Assembly: GCF_001458695.1 (NCBI RefSeq)
Contig: NZ_LN885086.1
Span: forward strand, 240,001-272,000
DNA from: Candidatus Nitrospira inopinata
GTDB lineage: Bacteria > Nitrospirota > Nitrospiria > Nitrospirales > Nitrospiraceae
DNA length: 32,000 nucleotides
Direction: 5' to 3'
Shown: positions 21,674 to 32,000 of the stretch, piece by piece
How the letters are laid out: every line of letters begins with the position of its first letter
Numbering within the stretch: position 1 is the stretch's first letter
Notes under the pieces: generated by a model
Told to the model about the DNA's origin: nothing
Databases searched by the model: none
What the model saw: only the letters and a program-made list of their open reading frames with translations
Made by a program: the position numbers and the translations under genes

Positions 21674-22504
21674 TCAAAAACGGCGGCCGTTCGTCGCCGC
21701 GCGCCTCGCGTATTGTAACGGAAGCGCGTGACGATTGGCAGACGATCTTTTTGTTCCTTGCCGCGGAACGAGACCGATGGCGCTCACCATGGTTCCGACG
21801 ACCTTCCCGTCGCGCCGATAGGAGAAAAACAGATCCTCGTGACAGATCGTGCACAGGTTGACGGAGGAGACGGCGTTCGGTCGCACGCCCACGGCCAGCG
21901 CCTGTTGTCTGACGAGCGACTTGAGATCCAGATAGCCCTTCTTTCCCCCTGGATGGGAACGCACGACCTGTTCGGGCCTGGAGCAGGCTCGGTAGACTCC
22001 TTCCAACACCGGCTCGTCGACCTCGTAACAACAGCCTCCCGCGGACGGGCCGATGCCGATCCGCAGATGTTCCGGCTCGGTTCCGAAACACGCCGCCATG
22101 ACGCCCACCGTTTTCTCCACGATGCCGGCGACCGCGCCGCGCCATCCCGCATGCACGGCCGCCACGACATTCCGACGGGTGTCGTGCATCAATACCGGCA
22201 CGCAATCCGCCGTCCGCACCGCCACCATGATCCCGGGTTGATCCGTGATCAACGCGTCCCATCCGGCCGGAAACCGGTCATCCGCCGTCACGGGCCGATC
22301 CACCACCAACGCATCGGTCCCATGGACTTGCTTGACGGACAAGAGCCATGAAGAACGGACGCCCCCCGCGGATTGCGGCACAAGGACGGGAACGCCGACT
22401 TCCACATGGAGCCCCGCCGAAGATCGGCGCGTTCCGAAAAAATGCCGTACTTCGCTCACAGCCTGTGCAAAGGCCGGAATCGTGATGGTGCCAGTGCCAC
22501 CCAT
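21674..22504 (-). CDS. pgeF: Polyphenol-oxidase/laccase-domain protein (YfiH/PgeF, DUF152)
   Basis: FGTRRS...QVHGTD...TADCVPV...HAGWRG...CTICH motifs. It sits directly downstream of ftsZ, as in many genomes. Confidence 0.85.
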   Translation of the reverse strand: MGGTGTITIPAFAQAVSEVRHFFGTRRSSAGLHVEVGVPVLVPQSAGGVRSSWLLSVKQVHGTDALVVDRPVTADDRFPAGWDALITDQPGIMVAVRTADCVPVLMHDTRRNVVAAVHAGWRGAVAGIVEKTVGVMAACFGTEPEHLRIGIGPSAGGCCYEVDEPVLEGVYRACSRPEQVVRSHPGGKKGYLDLKSLVRQQALAVGVRPNAVSSVNLCTICHEDLFFSYRRDGKVVGTMVSAIGLVPRQGTKRSSANRHALPLQYARRAATNGRRF

Positions 22505-22545
22505 GTCTCACTCTCGACGGCGAAACGTCGTCGCATCATCGCCGC

Positions 22546-23748
22546 TCAATCGGCCTGTTTCCGAAGAAAGGTCGGCACGTCCCATTCGTCCTCCGTTCCC
22601 AGAGTCACTCGATCGATGGATTCCCTGGCGTCGTGCATTCGCCTCAAAAACGTCGGCCGGTCGAGGTTGACCGCCGCTCGATCGACCGACGCGGCCGCTC
22701 CGACGCCGGTCAAGACCGGCGCGGCCGGCTTCGGAGCGGGGCGCGCCGGTTTCCGATCCATGCCGCTCGCCGGCAGCGGCGAATCGGCTTCCGGCTCGAA
22801 CCCGGTGGCGATGACGGTCACGATCAAATCTTCGCCCATATCGGGATTGATGACCTGCCCGACGATGATGTTGGCTTCCGGATCGGCCGTCTGCTGAATG
22901 ATGGACGCCGCCTCCTCGATTTCATGAAGCGACATGCTGGGTCCCCCCGTAATGTTCAACAGAACCCCGCGCGCGCCTTCCACGCTGCCTTCCTCGAGCA
23001 ACGGACTGCAAATGGCCTTTTGCGCCGCTTCGATCGCCCGATTCGGCCCGCGCGAGACCCCCATCCCCATCACCGCCCGCCCGGTATGCGACATCACGGT
23101 CCGCACGTCGGCGAAATCCACGTTGACGAGTCCCGTCGTCGTAATCACGTCGGCGATGCCTTGAATGGCCTGCCGCAACACGTCGTCGGCTACCTTGAAG
23201 GCGTCGAGCAGCGGAGTTGATTTATCGACGATGCCCAGCAGTCGTTGATTCGGAATCACCAGCAAGGTATCGACGTGCCGCCGCAGATCCCGGATGCCTT
23301 CTTCCGCGTGTTTCTGGCGCCGTTGCCCTTCATATTGAAACGGCTTCGTCACCACGCCCACCGTGAGGATCCCCAATTCGCGGGCGATGCTCGCCACGAT
23401 CGGAGCCGCTCCCGTGCCGGTCCCTCCGCCCATGCCCGCCGTCACGAAGACCATATCCGCCCCTTCGAGACACTCGCGAATCTGCTCGCGGCTCTCCAGC
23501 GCCGCCTCTTTGCCGATTTCCGGCTTCGCTCCCGCGCCCAACCCTCGCGTCCGCTCCGGCCCCAGTTGGATTTTGAACGGCGCCAGCGAGCGGTCGAGCG
23601 CCTGAAGATCCGTGTTGCCCGCGATAAAATCCACCCGGGACAAGCCGGCCGTGATCATGGTATTGACCGCGTTGCATCCGGCTCCGCCGATTCCGATCAC
23701 CTTGATACGAACCGGCGAGAGCACACTTTCTTGTAATGAAAACATCAC
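22546..23748 (-). CDS. ftsZ: Cell division protein FtsZ
   Basis: [15 protein letters not shown], tubulin signature [12 protein letters not shown], and the C-terminal peptide [11 protein letters not shown]. Confidence 0.97.
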   Translation of the reverse strand: MMFSLQESVLSPVRIKVIGIGGAGCNAVNTMITAGLSRVDFIAGNTDLQALDRSLAPFKIQLGPERTRGLGAGAKPEIGKEAALESREQIRECLEGADMVFVTAGMGGGTGTGAAPIVASIARELGILTVGVVTKPFQYEGQRRQKHAEEGIRDLRRHVDTLLVIPNQRLLGIVDKSTPLLDAFKVADDVLRQAIQGIADVITTTGLVNVDFADVRTVMSHTGRAVMGMGVSRGPNRAIEAAQKAICSPLLEEGSVEGARGVLLNITGGPSMSLHEIEEAASIIQQTADPEANIIVGQVINPDMGEDLIVTVIATGFEPEADSPLPASGMDRKPARPAPKPAAPVLTGVGAAASVDRAAVNLDRPTFLRRMHDARESIDRVTLGTEDEWDVPTFLRKQAD

Positions 23749-23804
23749 GCCACCTCCTCGCCTTTCCCCACGCCGCCGCGGCTTCGCGCGCGCGAAGGTT
23801 TAAG

Positions 23805-25037
23805 TTAAAACACCTCCAACATCCGCTTCGTCCACCCGACCATTTTGGACCATGCTCCTCCGTTGCGCAGCCCCACCGACTCCGACTCATCGGCATGCCG
23901 CCTGGCATGCAGCAACAACCCGACCCCCGTCGCGTAGCCAGGGTGACTGACAATGTCCCGAAGCCCCCCCACTCCGGAGGGTCCGCCGCGGCGAGCCGGC
24001 AAATTGAGCACTTTTTCCGCCGCGTCCGGCATGCCTTCCAAGAGAGACGTGCCGCCGGTCAGCACGACGCCGGCTCCCAGCATCCCTTCGTAGCCGGCGC
24101 GCGCGATTTCTCTTCGTACCAGCTCGAACATTTCTTCGACCCTCGGCTCGATGATCTCGGCAATGTCCCGACGCGAGAAGATGCGCGGCGGACGATCGCC
24201 GACCGACGGCACCTCGACGGCTTGGCTTCCCGGAACCAACTCCGCCCTGGCCATCCCGTGCTGCACCTTGATTTTTTCCGCTTCGGTTTGCGACGTCATC
24301 AGACCGATCGCCAAATCCTTGGTCAGATTTTGCCCGCCGATGGGCAACACGGCGGAATGTCGGATGCTGCCGTCAAGAAAAATGGCCAGATCCGTCGTCC
24401 CGCCGCCGAGATCGACCATGGCGACGCCCAATTCCCGTTCTTCCTGGCTCAACACCGCCTCGCTGGACGCCAGCGGCTGAAGAATGATGTCCACCACGTC
24501 GAGCCCGGCTCGATTGACGCTTTTGATGATGTTTTGCGCCGACGTCACGGCGCCCGTGATCACGTGCACGTTCACCTCGAGCCGGTGACCCGACAACCCC
24601 AGCGGTTCGCGAACGCCCTCCTGACCGTCCACCATGAACTCGCGCGGAAGCACGTGCAGGATCCGGCGATCGTGCGGAATGACGGCCAGCGTGCGCGCGC
24701 TCTCGATCGCCCGGTTGATGTCTTCCCGCGTGACCTCGGCGCGCTTCAACACCACGACGCCCTTGCAATTCTCGGCCGAAATGTGGCTCCCCGCGATTCC
24801 GGTGTACACGGAATTGATCTGCACCGCCGCCATCAATTCCGCCTCCTCGACCGCCTTCTTGATCGATTCGACCGTGCTCTCGATGTCGACGACGACCCCC
24901 TTTCGCAGCCCGCGCGACGGACTCGATCCGACGCCGATCACGTTCAACGCGCCGGTCTCGGCCAGCTCCGCCACGATCGCGCAGATTTTGGTGGTCCCGA
25001 TATCAAGCCCGACGAGGATTTGATCCCGTTTCGGCAT
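23805..25037 (-). CDS. ftsA: Cell division protein FtsA
   Basis: Trimmed to ATG 25037 (MPKRDQILVGLDIGTTKICAIVAE), 5 nt after the ftsQ stop. Actin-like ATPase motifs are present (VDLGGGTTD). Confidence 0.95.
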   Translation of the reverse strand: MPKRDQILVGLDIGTTKICAIVAELAETGALNVIGVGSSPSRGLRKGVVVDIESTVESIKKAVEEAELMAAVQINSVYTGIAGSHISAENCKGVVVLKRAEVTREDINRAIESARTLAVIPHDRRILHVLPREFMVDGQEGVREPLGLSGHRLEVNVHVITGAVTSAQNIIKSVNRAGLDVVDIILQPLASSEAVLSQEERELGVAMVDLGGGTTDLAIFLDGSIRHSAVLPIGGQNLTKDLAIGLMTSQTEAEKIKVQHGMARAELVPGSQAVEVPSVGDRPPRIFSRRDIAEIIEPRVEEMFELVRREIARAGYEGMLGAGVVLTGGTSLLEGMPDAAEKVLNLPARRGGPSGVGGLRDIVSHPGYATGVGLLLHARRHADESESVGLRNGGAWSKMVGWTKRMLEVF

Positions 25038-25042
25038 CGCGA

Positions 25043-25915
25043 TCACCCCCTTTCCCGCACGACCACTCGATTCTCGTACCGGAGGTCCACGTCGTTGACG
25101 TCGTCGCCGTACCCATCGATCGCGTCCAACTCCCGTACCGTCTGCTTGACTTGCCGAAATCGATCCCATTGATCCCCGACGCCTTCCTCGTCGAAATGAA
25201 ATCGCGTGCTTCCGACCGACACGATGAGATTGGCCGGGTCCGCCACGTTCACCCGCACCGGCCCCTCGTAAGTTGCCCTCACGATTTTTGCCAGCTCGAT
25301 TCCGGACAGAATCGCCCGCCTCGCGTCCTCATCGCCCCGCAGCAACCCCTTGCGATCGACCCCCGACAGAAACGGCAACGACTCCTCGTCGTTCTGTGAA
25401 AGGGGCTTCAGCACATGACCTTCTTCGTCGACCAGAACGGTCTCCTTTCCGGTCGAAACCACCGCTCCCGGAACCCGTTCCACCACGGTGATGCGCAGTT
25501 CGTTGAGGGGAACGCGCTCCACCGTCGCGCGCTTGATCCAGGGATGGGACTGCACCCGCTCCGTGATATCGGCCGTTGAGACGCAGTGGAGCGGGGTCCG
25601 AGGTTCAAGCTTGACGAGATCGATGATCTCCCGGCGATCGATCCGGTGAAGACCCTCCACCGTCACCTCTTTGATTTCAAGCAATCGATCGAGGAACGGC
25701 CCGGCGTGCTGGACGCTCATCGCGATCGCCCAACCGATCAGCGCGACGCCCACGACCGCGCCGGCCCATCGTGTCAACACGACTACCTTGGCCCTTATGC
25801 CGGGGGGGTTGGCTTCCACGTTCCGATTCGCGCTGTCCGCCGCGCTCGGGCATTTCCACTGGTTTTTTCTCGGCCCTTGCTGAATAGATCGCCGGCGTCT
25901 CCGAAACAGCCTCAT
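25043..25915 (-). CDS. ftsQ: Cell division protein FtsQ (POTRA domain)
   Basis: A single TM helix (AGAVVGVALIGWAIAMSV) followed by POTRA (IKEVTVEGLHRIDRREI). It forms an ATGA overlap with the ddl stop and sits between ddl and ftsA. Confidence 0.85.
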   Translation of the reverse strand: MRLFRRRRRSIQQGPRKNQWKCPSAADSANRNVEANPPGIRAKVVVLTRWAGAVVGVALIGWAIAMSVQHAGPFLDRLLEIKEVTVEGLHRIDRREIIDLVKLEPRTPLHCVSTADITERVQSHPWIKRATVERVPLNELRITVVERVPGAVVSTGKETVLVDEEGHVLKPLSQNDEESLPFLSGVDRKGLLRGDEDARRAILSGIELAKIVRATYEGPVRVNVADPANLIVSVGSTRFHFDEEGVGDQWDRFRQVKQTVRELDAIDGYGDDVNDVDLRYENRVVVRERG

Positions 25916-26910
25916 GATCCCACCGCCGCCCTTCCCGTTGCCTGCGCCGGCGGAGCGACTCGATCGAGCGCCGATCGCAAAATGCGCTCGACCAATCGGT
26001 CGTAATCGATCCCGGCCTTCGCCGCCGCCATCGGCAACAGACTCGTTTCCGTCATGCCGGGAACGGTATTGATTTCCAAGACGTATGGACGACCCCGCGG
26101 CGTCACTCGAAAATCAACGCGCGCCGCCCCCTCGCAGCCCAGGACGGCGAACGTCCGTCGCCCCAGATCCGTCACGTGTCTCGACACCCTCGCCGGCAAA
26201 GGAGCCGGACACCGATACGTCGTTTTCCCTTTCTGATACTTCGCCGCAAAGTCATAAAACCCGTCGGGCGCCACGATTTCCACGGCCGGAAGAACCTCGA
26301 TTCCCCCTCCCGATCCGCCGATCACCGCCACCGTGATTTCACGTCCGGGAATGAATGCTTCGACCACGGCCTCATCGTCATATCGGTGCGCCGCAGCCAG
26401 GGCGTTCTTCCAATCGGCGGATCTGCGCACGATGGTCACCCCGATCGTGGAACCCTGCGAGGCCGGCTTGACGACGACGGGCAACTTCAGCTTCGCGTCC
26501 TTCAGAATTTTCGACAGCGGCGGACCTTCGCCACGCTTGACGACCACGCCGGGCGGAACCGGAACGCCGTGCGCCGCCAGCAACGTCTTCGTCACGACCT
26601 TGTTCATCCCCACGGCGCTTGCCCGCACCCCCGAACCAGTGTAGGGAATCCCGATCGTCTCCAGAAATCCTTGAATCGTGCCGTCCTCGCCTCCCCGTCC
26701 GTGCAACGCCAAAAACGCGACGCCGATCTTCCGCTCCTTCAAATCGTGAAGCAGCCGATCGCCCACATCGATGGACACGGCGTCGTATCCCAGACGAAGC
26801 AACGACTGATGGACGGCATGTCCCGTCTTGAGCGAAATGTCCCGCTCGGAGGACCGCCCTCCCATCAACACCCCGACTCGCGCAGCCGTCAACCGTCCCG
26901 TTCGCTTCAT
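25912..26910 (-). CDS. ddl: D-alanine--D-alanine ligase
   Basis: VGVLMGGRSSERDISLKTG...HGRGGEDGTIQG...VKPASQGSTIG (ATP-grasp). Confidence 0.95.
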   Translation of the reverse strand: MKRTGRLTAARVGVLMGGRSSERDISLKTGHAVHQSLLRLGYDAVSIDVGDRLLHDLKERKIGVAFLALHGRGGEDGTIQGFLETIGIPYTGSGVRASAVGMNKVVTKTLLAAHGVPVPPGVVVKRGEGPPLSKILKDAKLKLPVVVKPASQGSTIGVTIVRRSADWKNALAAAHRYDDEAVVEAFIPGREITVAVIGGSGGGIEVLPAVEIVAPDGFYDFAAKYQKGKTTYRCPAPLPARVSRHVTDLGRRTFAVLGCEGAARVDFRVTPRGRPYVLEINTVPGMTETSLLPMAAAKAGIDYDRLVERILRSALDRVAPPAQATGRAAVGS

Positions 26911-26993
26911 CGCCCGTTCACCGAATCGGCCCTTTCATGGAGAGACTCCATAACCTCGGCCCCCCTTGCCCGTCGTCTTCATCCCGCTCGCCG

Positions 26994-27932
26994 CTAGGCT
27001 TGCCCCACCAACTTGAGTTCCAACTCCAGCCTCACGCCGGTCTTTCGCCGAACTTCTCCCCGGACTTTTCGAATCAGCGCCAGCACATCCTTGGCGCTCG
27101 CGTGTCCACGGTTGACGATAAAGTTGGCGTGTTTGGTGGAGATTTCGGCGTCTCCGACGTGAATCCCCTTGAGCCCCGCCGCCTCGACGACTCGGCCGGC
27201 CGAGTCGTCGGGCGGATTCTTGAAGACGCACCCGGCGCTCGGCAGAGTCAACGGCTGGGTCTCCCGGCGATAGCGCAGATAGTCCTTGACCGTCCGTTCA
27301 AGTTCCGATCGGACGCCGGGCGCCAGTTGGAGCCACACTCCCGCCACGACCCCGGCCGGGAGTTTCGCCCGCCGATAGCCGAAGACGATCGCCCGACCTT
27401 CGCGTTCCTTCACCGCCCCCGTCGGCGTTACGATTCGGACCGCCTTGACCACGTCTTTCATTTCTCCGAGTTTGGTGCCGGCATTCATGACCACGCACCC
27501 TCCCACGGTCCCTGGAATGCCGGCCGCCCATTCCAATCCCTTGAGCGACCGGCGAATGGCGTAGCCGATGAGGGTCGGCATGCCCGCGCCGGCTTCGGCG
27601 TACAGCACCGATCCCGGCTCTTCCTTGATCGTTCGCAACCTTGCGAGACTCACCACCACGCCCCGAATTCCCTTGTCTCGAACAAGAAGATTGGTTCCGC
27701 CCAATACGAAAACAGGCACGTTCCGTTCATGGCTCTGCCTGACGACGCGAATCAGGTCCTCCAAGTCAGCCGGTTCGACCAGGGCGTCGGCCGGCCCGCC
27801 GATCCGAAACGAGGTGTATTCGCTCAACGGAACGTCGAATCGGACCTCTCCTTTCAGACCGGCGGTCGCCGCCTGCAGATCCGCCGCTCGGAGGCGCCGA
27901 CGCCGTCGCTCCACTTCATCACTCCTCTTCAC
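26994..27932 (-). CDS. murB: UDP-N-acetylenolpyruvoylglucosamine reductase
   Basis: LSEYTSFRIGGPADALVEP, GGTNLLV, GIPGTVGG, SAGCVFKNP. GTG start at 27932. Confidence 0.93.
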   Translation of the reverse strand: MKRSDEVERRRRRLRAADLQAATAGLKGEVRFDVPLSEYTSFRIGGPADALVEPADLEDLIRVVRQSHERNVPVFVLGGTNLLVRDKGIRGVVVSLARLRTIKEEPGSVLYAEAGAGMPTLIGYAIRRSLKGLEWAAGIPGTVGGCVVMNAGTKLGEMKDVVKAVRIVTPTGAVKEREGRAIVFGYRRAKLPAGVVAGVWLQLAPGVRSELERTVKDYLRYRRETQPLTLPSAGCVFKNPPDDSAGRVVEAAGLKGIHVGDAEISTKHANFIVNRGHASAKDVLALIRKVRGEVRRKTGVRLELELKLVGQA

Positions 27933-27985
27933 GACTCACATCGCAACCGCCGCCTGAACGTGACGGATCATTCGCCGCGCTTCGG

Positions 27986-29380
27986 CTAGGGCGCCACGGC
28001 CAATCGCGCCAGGATCTCCGTCCCCGCTTTCCAAATATCTCCGGCGCCGAGCGTCAGGACCATGTCGCCTTGCCGGAGGTGCGGCACGACCTGCTCCGGC
28101 AACAGGTCTTTTCTCTCTACAAAGACCACCGACGGATGACCGGCGGCCGCGACGGCCTCGGCCAAATTCCTGCCCGACGTCCCCGGTATCGGTTGCTCGC
28201 CGGCCGCGTAGACCTCCGTCATGAACAAGAGATCGGCCTGATCAAACGCATGGAGAAACTCTTCGAAACAGTCGCGCGTGCGGGAATACCGATGGGGCTG
28301 AAAGAGCACGACCACTCGCCGATTCCATCCCTGTTTCGCGGCCGCCAAAGTCGCTCGAATTTCCGTGGGATGGTGCCCGTAATCATCGACGACCGTGACG
28401 CCGCCGGCCTCGCCGCGGAGATGAAACCGCCGCTCGACGCCGCTGAACGCCGCGAGCCCTTTGCGGATGAGATCGACGGGAACTTCCAATTCGATCCCGA
28501 TGGCGATCGCCGCCAACGCGTTCGAGACGTTGTGGATGCCCGGCACGACCAGCCTGAAGGGACCGAGGTTCGTTCCTCGAAAATAGGCCCGGAATTCCGA
28601 CCCCCATTGCTTGAGCGAGACGTCCGTCGCCCGAAAATCGGGCACGACGCCCTCGCGCTCTCCAAGACCGTAGGTGTAGTAACGTTTGACGACACGGGGC
28701 AACAACGAGCGAAGCCGCTCGTCGTCGGCGCATAAGACCGCCGACCCGTAGAACGGCACCTTGTTGATGAATTCCACGAAACTGTCGGCGAGACGCTCCA
28801 TCGACCCGTAGTGGTCGAGATGTTCGCGATCGAGATTGGTGACCGCGACGATGGTCGGCGAAAGACGGAGAAACGACCCGTCGCTTTCGTCCGCCTCGGC
28901 CACCAACAGATCGCTTCGGCCGAGTCTGGCGTGACTGCCCAACGCGTTGACCTTGCCGCCGATCACCATCGTCGGATCAAGTCCCCCCTGGGCCAGCACG
29001 TTCGCCACCATCGAGGTCGTCGTCGTCTTCCCATGGGCTCCCGCGATCGCGATGCCGAACTTCAGGCGCATCAGCTCCGCGAGCATTTCGGCCCGCGGAA
29101 TGACCGGGATCTGCCTGCTCTTCGCCGCCTGGACCTCCGGATTCGTCGATGTCACGGCGGAAGACACCACCACGACCTGGGCGGCCCCCACGTTCGACTC
29201 GTGATGCCCGATAAAAACCTTTCCGCCGAGTTCTTCCAGCCGTTTCGTTGTCTCGGACACCTGCAAATCTGAACCGGTCACCGTGTATCCCATGGTCAGG
29301 AGAACCTCGGCGATGCCGCTCATCCCGGCGCCGCCGATCCCGACGAGATGGATGTGCTGGGTCTTTCGAAACCTTGCCAT
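27986..29380 (-). CDS. murC: UDP-N-acetylmuramate--L-alanine ligase
   Basis: Trimmed to ATG 29380 (MARFRKTQHIHLVGIGGAGMSGIAEVL), with GGTGAGG upstream. Motifs GAHGKTTTTSM and DDYGHHP are present. Confidence 0.95.
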   Translation of the reverse strand: MARFRKTQHIHLVGIGGAGMSGIAEVLLTMGYTVTGSDLQVSETTKRLEELGGKVFIGHHESNVGAAQVVVVSSAVTSTNPEVQAAKSRQIPVIPRAEMLAELMRLKFGIAIAGAHGKTTTTSMVANVLAQGGLDPTMVIGGKVNALGSHARLGRSDLLVAEADESDGSFLRLSPTIVAVTNLDREHLDHYGSMERLADSFVEFINKVPFYGSAVLCADDERLRSLLPRVVKRYYTYGLGEREGVVPDFRATDVSLKQWGSEFRAYFRGTNLGPFRLVVPGIHNVSNALAAIAIGIELEVPVDLIRKGLAAFSGVERRFHLRGEAGGVTVVDDYGHHPTEIRATLAAAKQGWNRRVVVLFQPHRYSRTRDCFEEFLHAFDQADLLFMTEVYAAGEQPIPGTSGRNLAEAVAAAGHPSVVFVERKDLLPEQVVPHLRQGDMVLTLGAGDIWKAGTEILARLAVAP

Positions 29381-29453
29381 GCGCCTCACCCCTTGTAATC
29401 GATCCCTACCGTACGGCGCGGATTCCCGGACCACGGCATCGGACCTTCGCCGC

Positions 29454-30566
29454 TCAAACAGCCCCGTCGCCATCCTCTGCCCTCCCCGCCAGCTCGTAAC
29501 ATTCGCGCACGATCTCCTCGCCGGCGTCGATCCGCCTCATGGCCCGGCTCTTGGCGCTCATGGCCCCAAGCCGTCCCTGGTCGGACAGAACGTCAACGAT
29601 CGAGTCGCTCAATCGAGACCCGGTCAACTCCGCCTGCGGAACGACGATCGCTCCCCCGGCGGCCTCCATCGCCCGCGCGTTTTTCATCTGGTGGTCATAA
29701 ATGGCCGTCGGAAGCGGGATGAGAATCGCCGGTTTCCCGCAGGCCGTCAGCTCCGCAATCGTCATGGCGCCGGCCCTGGCCACCACAAGATCGGCGTTCC
29801 GTAAGACCTTCGGCATGTCGTACAGAAACGGCGCCACCTCCGCGCGCACGCCGAGCCGGTCGTAGCCGTCCCTCACCCGTTGATAATCCGTCTCTCCCGT
29901 CTGATGCGTGATGACGACGTCGGGAACCCGCTTGACCAGAGACGACACCCCTTCCAGAACCGCGTTGTTGATCGCCCTGGCCCCCTGACTTCCGCCGAAA
30001 ATCAAGAGACGAGGCGGCGAGTGGAGGGCGGGGGCATCGGAAGACCGATCGTCCTGGGACACAAATTCCCGTCGAATCGGCGTGCCGGTCACCCGAACCT
30101 TTCGGCGGTCGAACCCCTGAGCCGCCGACTCGAATGCCAGAAAAATCCGCTGCGCGAACGGAGCGACGACCTTGTTCGCCATGCCGGGATAGGCGTTCGG
30201 CTCCACGATGACACGCGGGGTTCCCCGCAAGAGAGCGGCCGCCAGCACGGCCGGACTGGTGTAGCCTCCGACTCCGATCACGAGATCAGCCCCGCGCCGT
30301 TTCAAAATGGCGCGGGCTTGCCACAAGCCGATCGGAAGGGATAGTAATCCCTTCAGAACCTCGAACGGCCCCTTTCCCATCACCGGTTTCGCCGTAATGA
30401 ACGCCAGCTCGAACCCTTCATGGGCCAACACCTTGGCTTCAATGCCGCGTTTCGTTCCGATGAACAGGATCTTGTTCGTGGCATCGCGGCGGAGAAATTC
30501 GCGGGCCAGCGCCACGGCCGGATACAAATGGCCTCCGGTTCCTCCCGCGGCGATCACAACGGTCAT
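29454..30566 (-). CDS. murG: Undecaprenyldiphospho-muramoylpentapeptide beta-N-acetylglucosaminyltransferase
   Basis: This is the C-terminal 370 aa of the 773-aa ORF: MTVVIAAGGTGGHLYPAVALAREF. ATG 30566 forms an ATGA overlap with the ftsW stop. Confidence 0.95.
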   Translation of the reverse strand: MTVVIAAGGTGGHLYPAVALAREFLRRDATNKILFIGTKRGIEAKVLAHEGFELAFITAKPVMGKGPFEVLKGLLSLPIGLWQARAILKRRGADLVIGVGGYTSPAVLAAALLRGTPRVIVEPNAYPGMANKVVAPFAQRIFLAFESAAQGFDRRKVRVTGTPIRREFVSQDDRSSDAPALHSPPRLLIFGGSQGARAINNAVLEGVSSLVKRVPDVVITHQTGETDYQRVRDGYDRLGVRAEVAPFLYDMPKVLRNADLVVARAGAMTIAELTACGKPAILIPLPTAIYDHQMKNARAMEAAGGAIVVPQAELTGSRLSDSIVDVLSDQGRLGAMSAKSRAMRRIDAGEEIVRECYELAGRAEDGDGAV

Positions 30567-31762
30567 CGGCGTTTCGAGCCTCCTCTTCTCCGTCCCGTGT
30601 CTTCCCGCCCGGCCTGACGATCGCGCGAGATGTTCAGCAGAATTCCGACCCCCGTCATACAGGTCACCAACGACGAGCCCCCGTAACTGACGAACGGGAG
30701 AGTCAGTCCTTTGGTCGGCAACAACCCCGTCACCACGCAGGCGTTGATCAAGACCTGAACGCCGATGAGCAGCGTAATGCCCATCCCCAGGTACCGGCCG
30801 AACGGCATCCTCGCCCGAACCGAGATCTGAAACCCACGGACGACGAACAGGGCGAAGAGCGTGATGATGAGCCCCGTACCGATCAATCCCAATTCCTCGC
30901 CCACCAACGCCAGCACGAAATCCGTATGGGCCTCCGGCAGAAAAAACAATTTCTGTTTCCCTTCCCCCAACCCCACGCCGAACAGCCCTCCGTGCCCGAA
31001 GGCCAGAAAGGACTGTGTGATCTGAAACCCCGTATTTGTCGGATCCTTCCAAGGCGCCAGGAAGACCAGCACTCGTTGAAGGCGAAAGCCGGACTGAAGC
31101 ACCAGCGCCGCAACGGCCGCGATGCCCCCCATTCCTAACAACAGAAGATGCGACAGCTTCGCTCCCGCCAAGAAAAAAAGCCCCATGACCGTCAGGCCCA
31201 TGACCACCACCGTGCCCAAGTCCCGCTCCAACAGCACCAAGCCCCCCAGCCCACCGAACACGACCAACGCCGGAACGAGGCCCGCAAAGAACCCGGTGAT
31301 CCGGTCTTCTTTCCTGGCCAAATATGCGGCAAGGTAGATCACCAGCGTCAGCTTGGCCATTTCCGCCGGCTGGACCATGATCGGTCCCGCCTGCAACCAT
31401 CGCCTGGCTCCCTTGGCGACGACGCCGATCGACGGAATCAAGACCATCGCCAAGAGAACCGCCGTCAGACCGAGCAGGGGAACGGCCAGCCTCTTCCACC
31501 AGACGTAGTCGAGGCGGGACACCACGTGCATCAGCAGAAGACCGATCGCCAACCAGGCGATCTGCCGTTTGAGAAAATATCCCGCGTCGTGAAACCGACT
31601 CCCGGCCACGACGGTGCTCGCGCTGAAGACCATCACCAGCCCGACAAGAGTCAGAACGATCGTGACGGCCAGCAAGGTATGGTCCATCGCCACCCGCTTG
31701 GCCGAACGCGATCCGGAAGAAGTCCAGGGCAACGGCAGCGTCCCCGAAGTTTTGTGCGACAT
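30563..31762 (-). CDS. ftsW: SEDS-family cell division protein FtsW (lipid II polymerase/flippase)
   Basis: 399 aa and multi-TM, with VMVFSAS, QPAEMAKL and LPFVSYGGSS. It sits between murD and murG. An alternative start is ATG 31687. Confidence 0.9.
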   Translation of the reverse strand: MSHKTSGTLPLPWTSSGSRSAKRVAMDHTLLAVTIVLTLVGLVMVFSASTVVAGSRFHDAGYFLKRQIAWLAIGLLLMHVVSRLDYVWWKRLAVPLLGLTAVLLAMVLIPSIGVVAKGARRWLQAGPIMVQPAEMAKLTLVIYLAAYLARKEDRITGFFAGLVPALVVFGGLGGLVLLERDLGTVVVMGLTVMGLFFLAGAKLSHLLLLGMGGIAAVAALVLQSGFRLQRVLVFLAPWKDPTNTGFQITQSFLAFGHGGLFGVGLGEGKQKLFFLPEAHTDFVLALVGEELGLIGTGLIITLFALFVVRGFQISVRARMPFGRYLGMGITLLIGVQVLINACVVTGLLPTKGLTLPFVSYGGSSLVTCMTGVGILLNISRDRQAGREDTGRRRGGSKRR

Positions 31763-31796
31763 TATTCGGCATCAACTTTCTTGCGACCCATCGCGG

Positions 31797-32000
31797 CTAT
31801 TCGGGCAAGGCGCACACCAACGATTTGAATTGGCGCCCCCTGTCCTGATAATCGGCAAACATGTCGAAGCTCGCACAAGCCGGCGACAGCAACACCACGT
31901 CGCCGGCCGTCGCGCCGGAGGCGGCGATCTCCACCGCTTCGCGGAGCGTGCCGGCCCGCTCGATCGATTCATACCCGCGCACGGCGTCGGCGATGAGCGG
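31797..32000 (-). CDS. murD: UDP-N-acetylmuramoylalanine--D-glutamate ligase, C-terminal part (gene continues beyond the window)
   Basis: The C-terminal peptide ...GDVVLLSPACASFDMFADYQDRGRQF is typical of MurD. Its position upstream of ftsW fits. Confidence 0.85.
   Translation of the reverse strand, partial: PLIADAVRGYESIERAGTLREAVEIAASGATAGDVVLLSPACASFDMFADYQDRGRQFKSLVCALPE

Noticed and set aside
23736-25172. 478-aa + strand ORF
   Set aside because: It is antisense to ftsA. It is a shadow ORF with biased composition.
29454-31775. 773-aa ORF spanning murG and ftsW
   Set aside because: Only the C-terminal 370 aa are MurG (from MTVVIAAGGTGGH). The N-terminal ~400 aa are a G/R/A-rich out-of-frame shadow over the ftsW coding region. 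The true murG start is ATG 30566, overlapping the ftsW stop.

Overview
GC-rich (about 60% by eye) bacterial chromosomal segment. Nearly all of it is a co-oriented minus-strand run of housekeeping genes with short or overlapping junctions (GTGA, ATGA, TGATG). In transcription order (right to left): the dcw cluster murD(partial)-ftsW-murG-murC-murB-ddl-ftsQ-ftsA-ftsZ, then pgeF-yggS-proC-yggT-divIVA and a beta-lactamase-family serine hydrolase. Next comes pgsA, then pilC with a PilS/PilR-like sensor kinase and sigma54-type response regulator whose 3' end overlaps ispE, followed by prs-ctc(L25)-pth-ychF. At the left end lies rpsF-ssb-rpsR-yceD(DUF177)-rpmF-plsX-fabH. Only two loci are on the plus strand: a small orphan gene with a near-consensus promoter (17802..18140), and a decayed nucleotidyltransferase locus (4413..5308). 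The one non-housekeeping stretch is a ~3.65 kb islet between ychF and rpsF (4196..7850). It holds an intact signal-peptide-less SNase-fold nuclease with an unassigned C-terminal domain, and a ~540 nt tract that is ~73% pyrimidine on the + strand and contains short direct repeats. It also holds a HAF-repeat/VPLPA-CTERM surface-protein pseudogene broken at two homopolymer tracts, and a frameshifted nucleotidyltransferase. I found no rRNA, tRNA, CRISPR array, transposase or integrase. Many long ORFs in the track are antisense or out-of-frame shadows typical of GC-rich DNA, and several real genes needed their N-termini trimmed. No complete multi-gene novel system is evident. The most unusual items are the orphan nuclease and the strand-asymmetric tract next to it.
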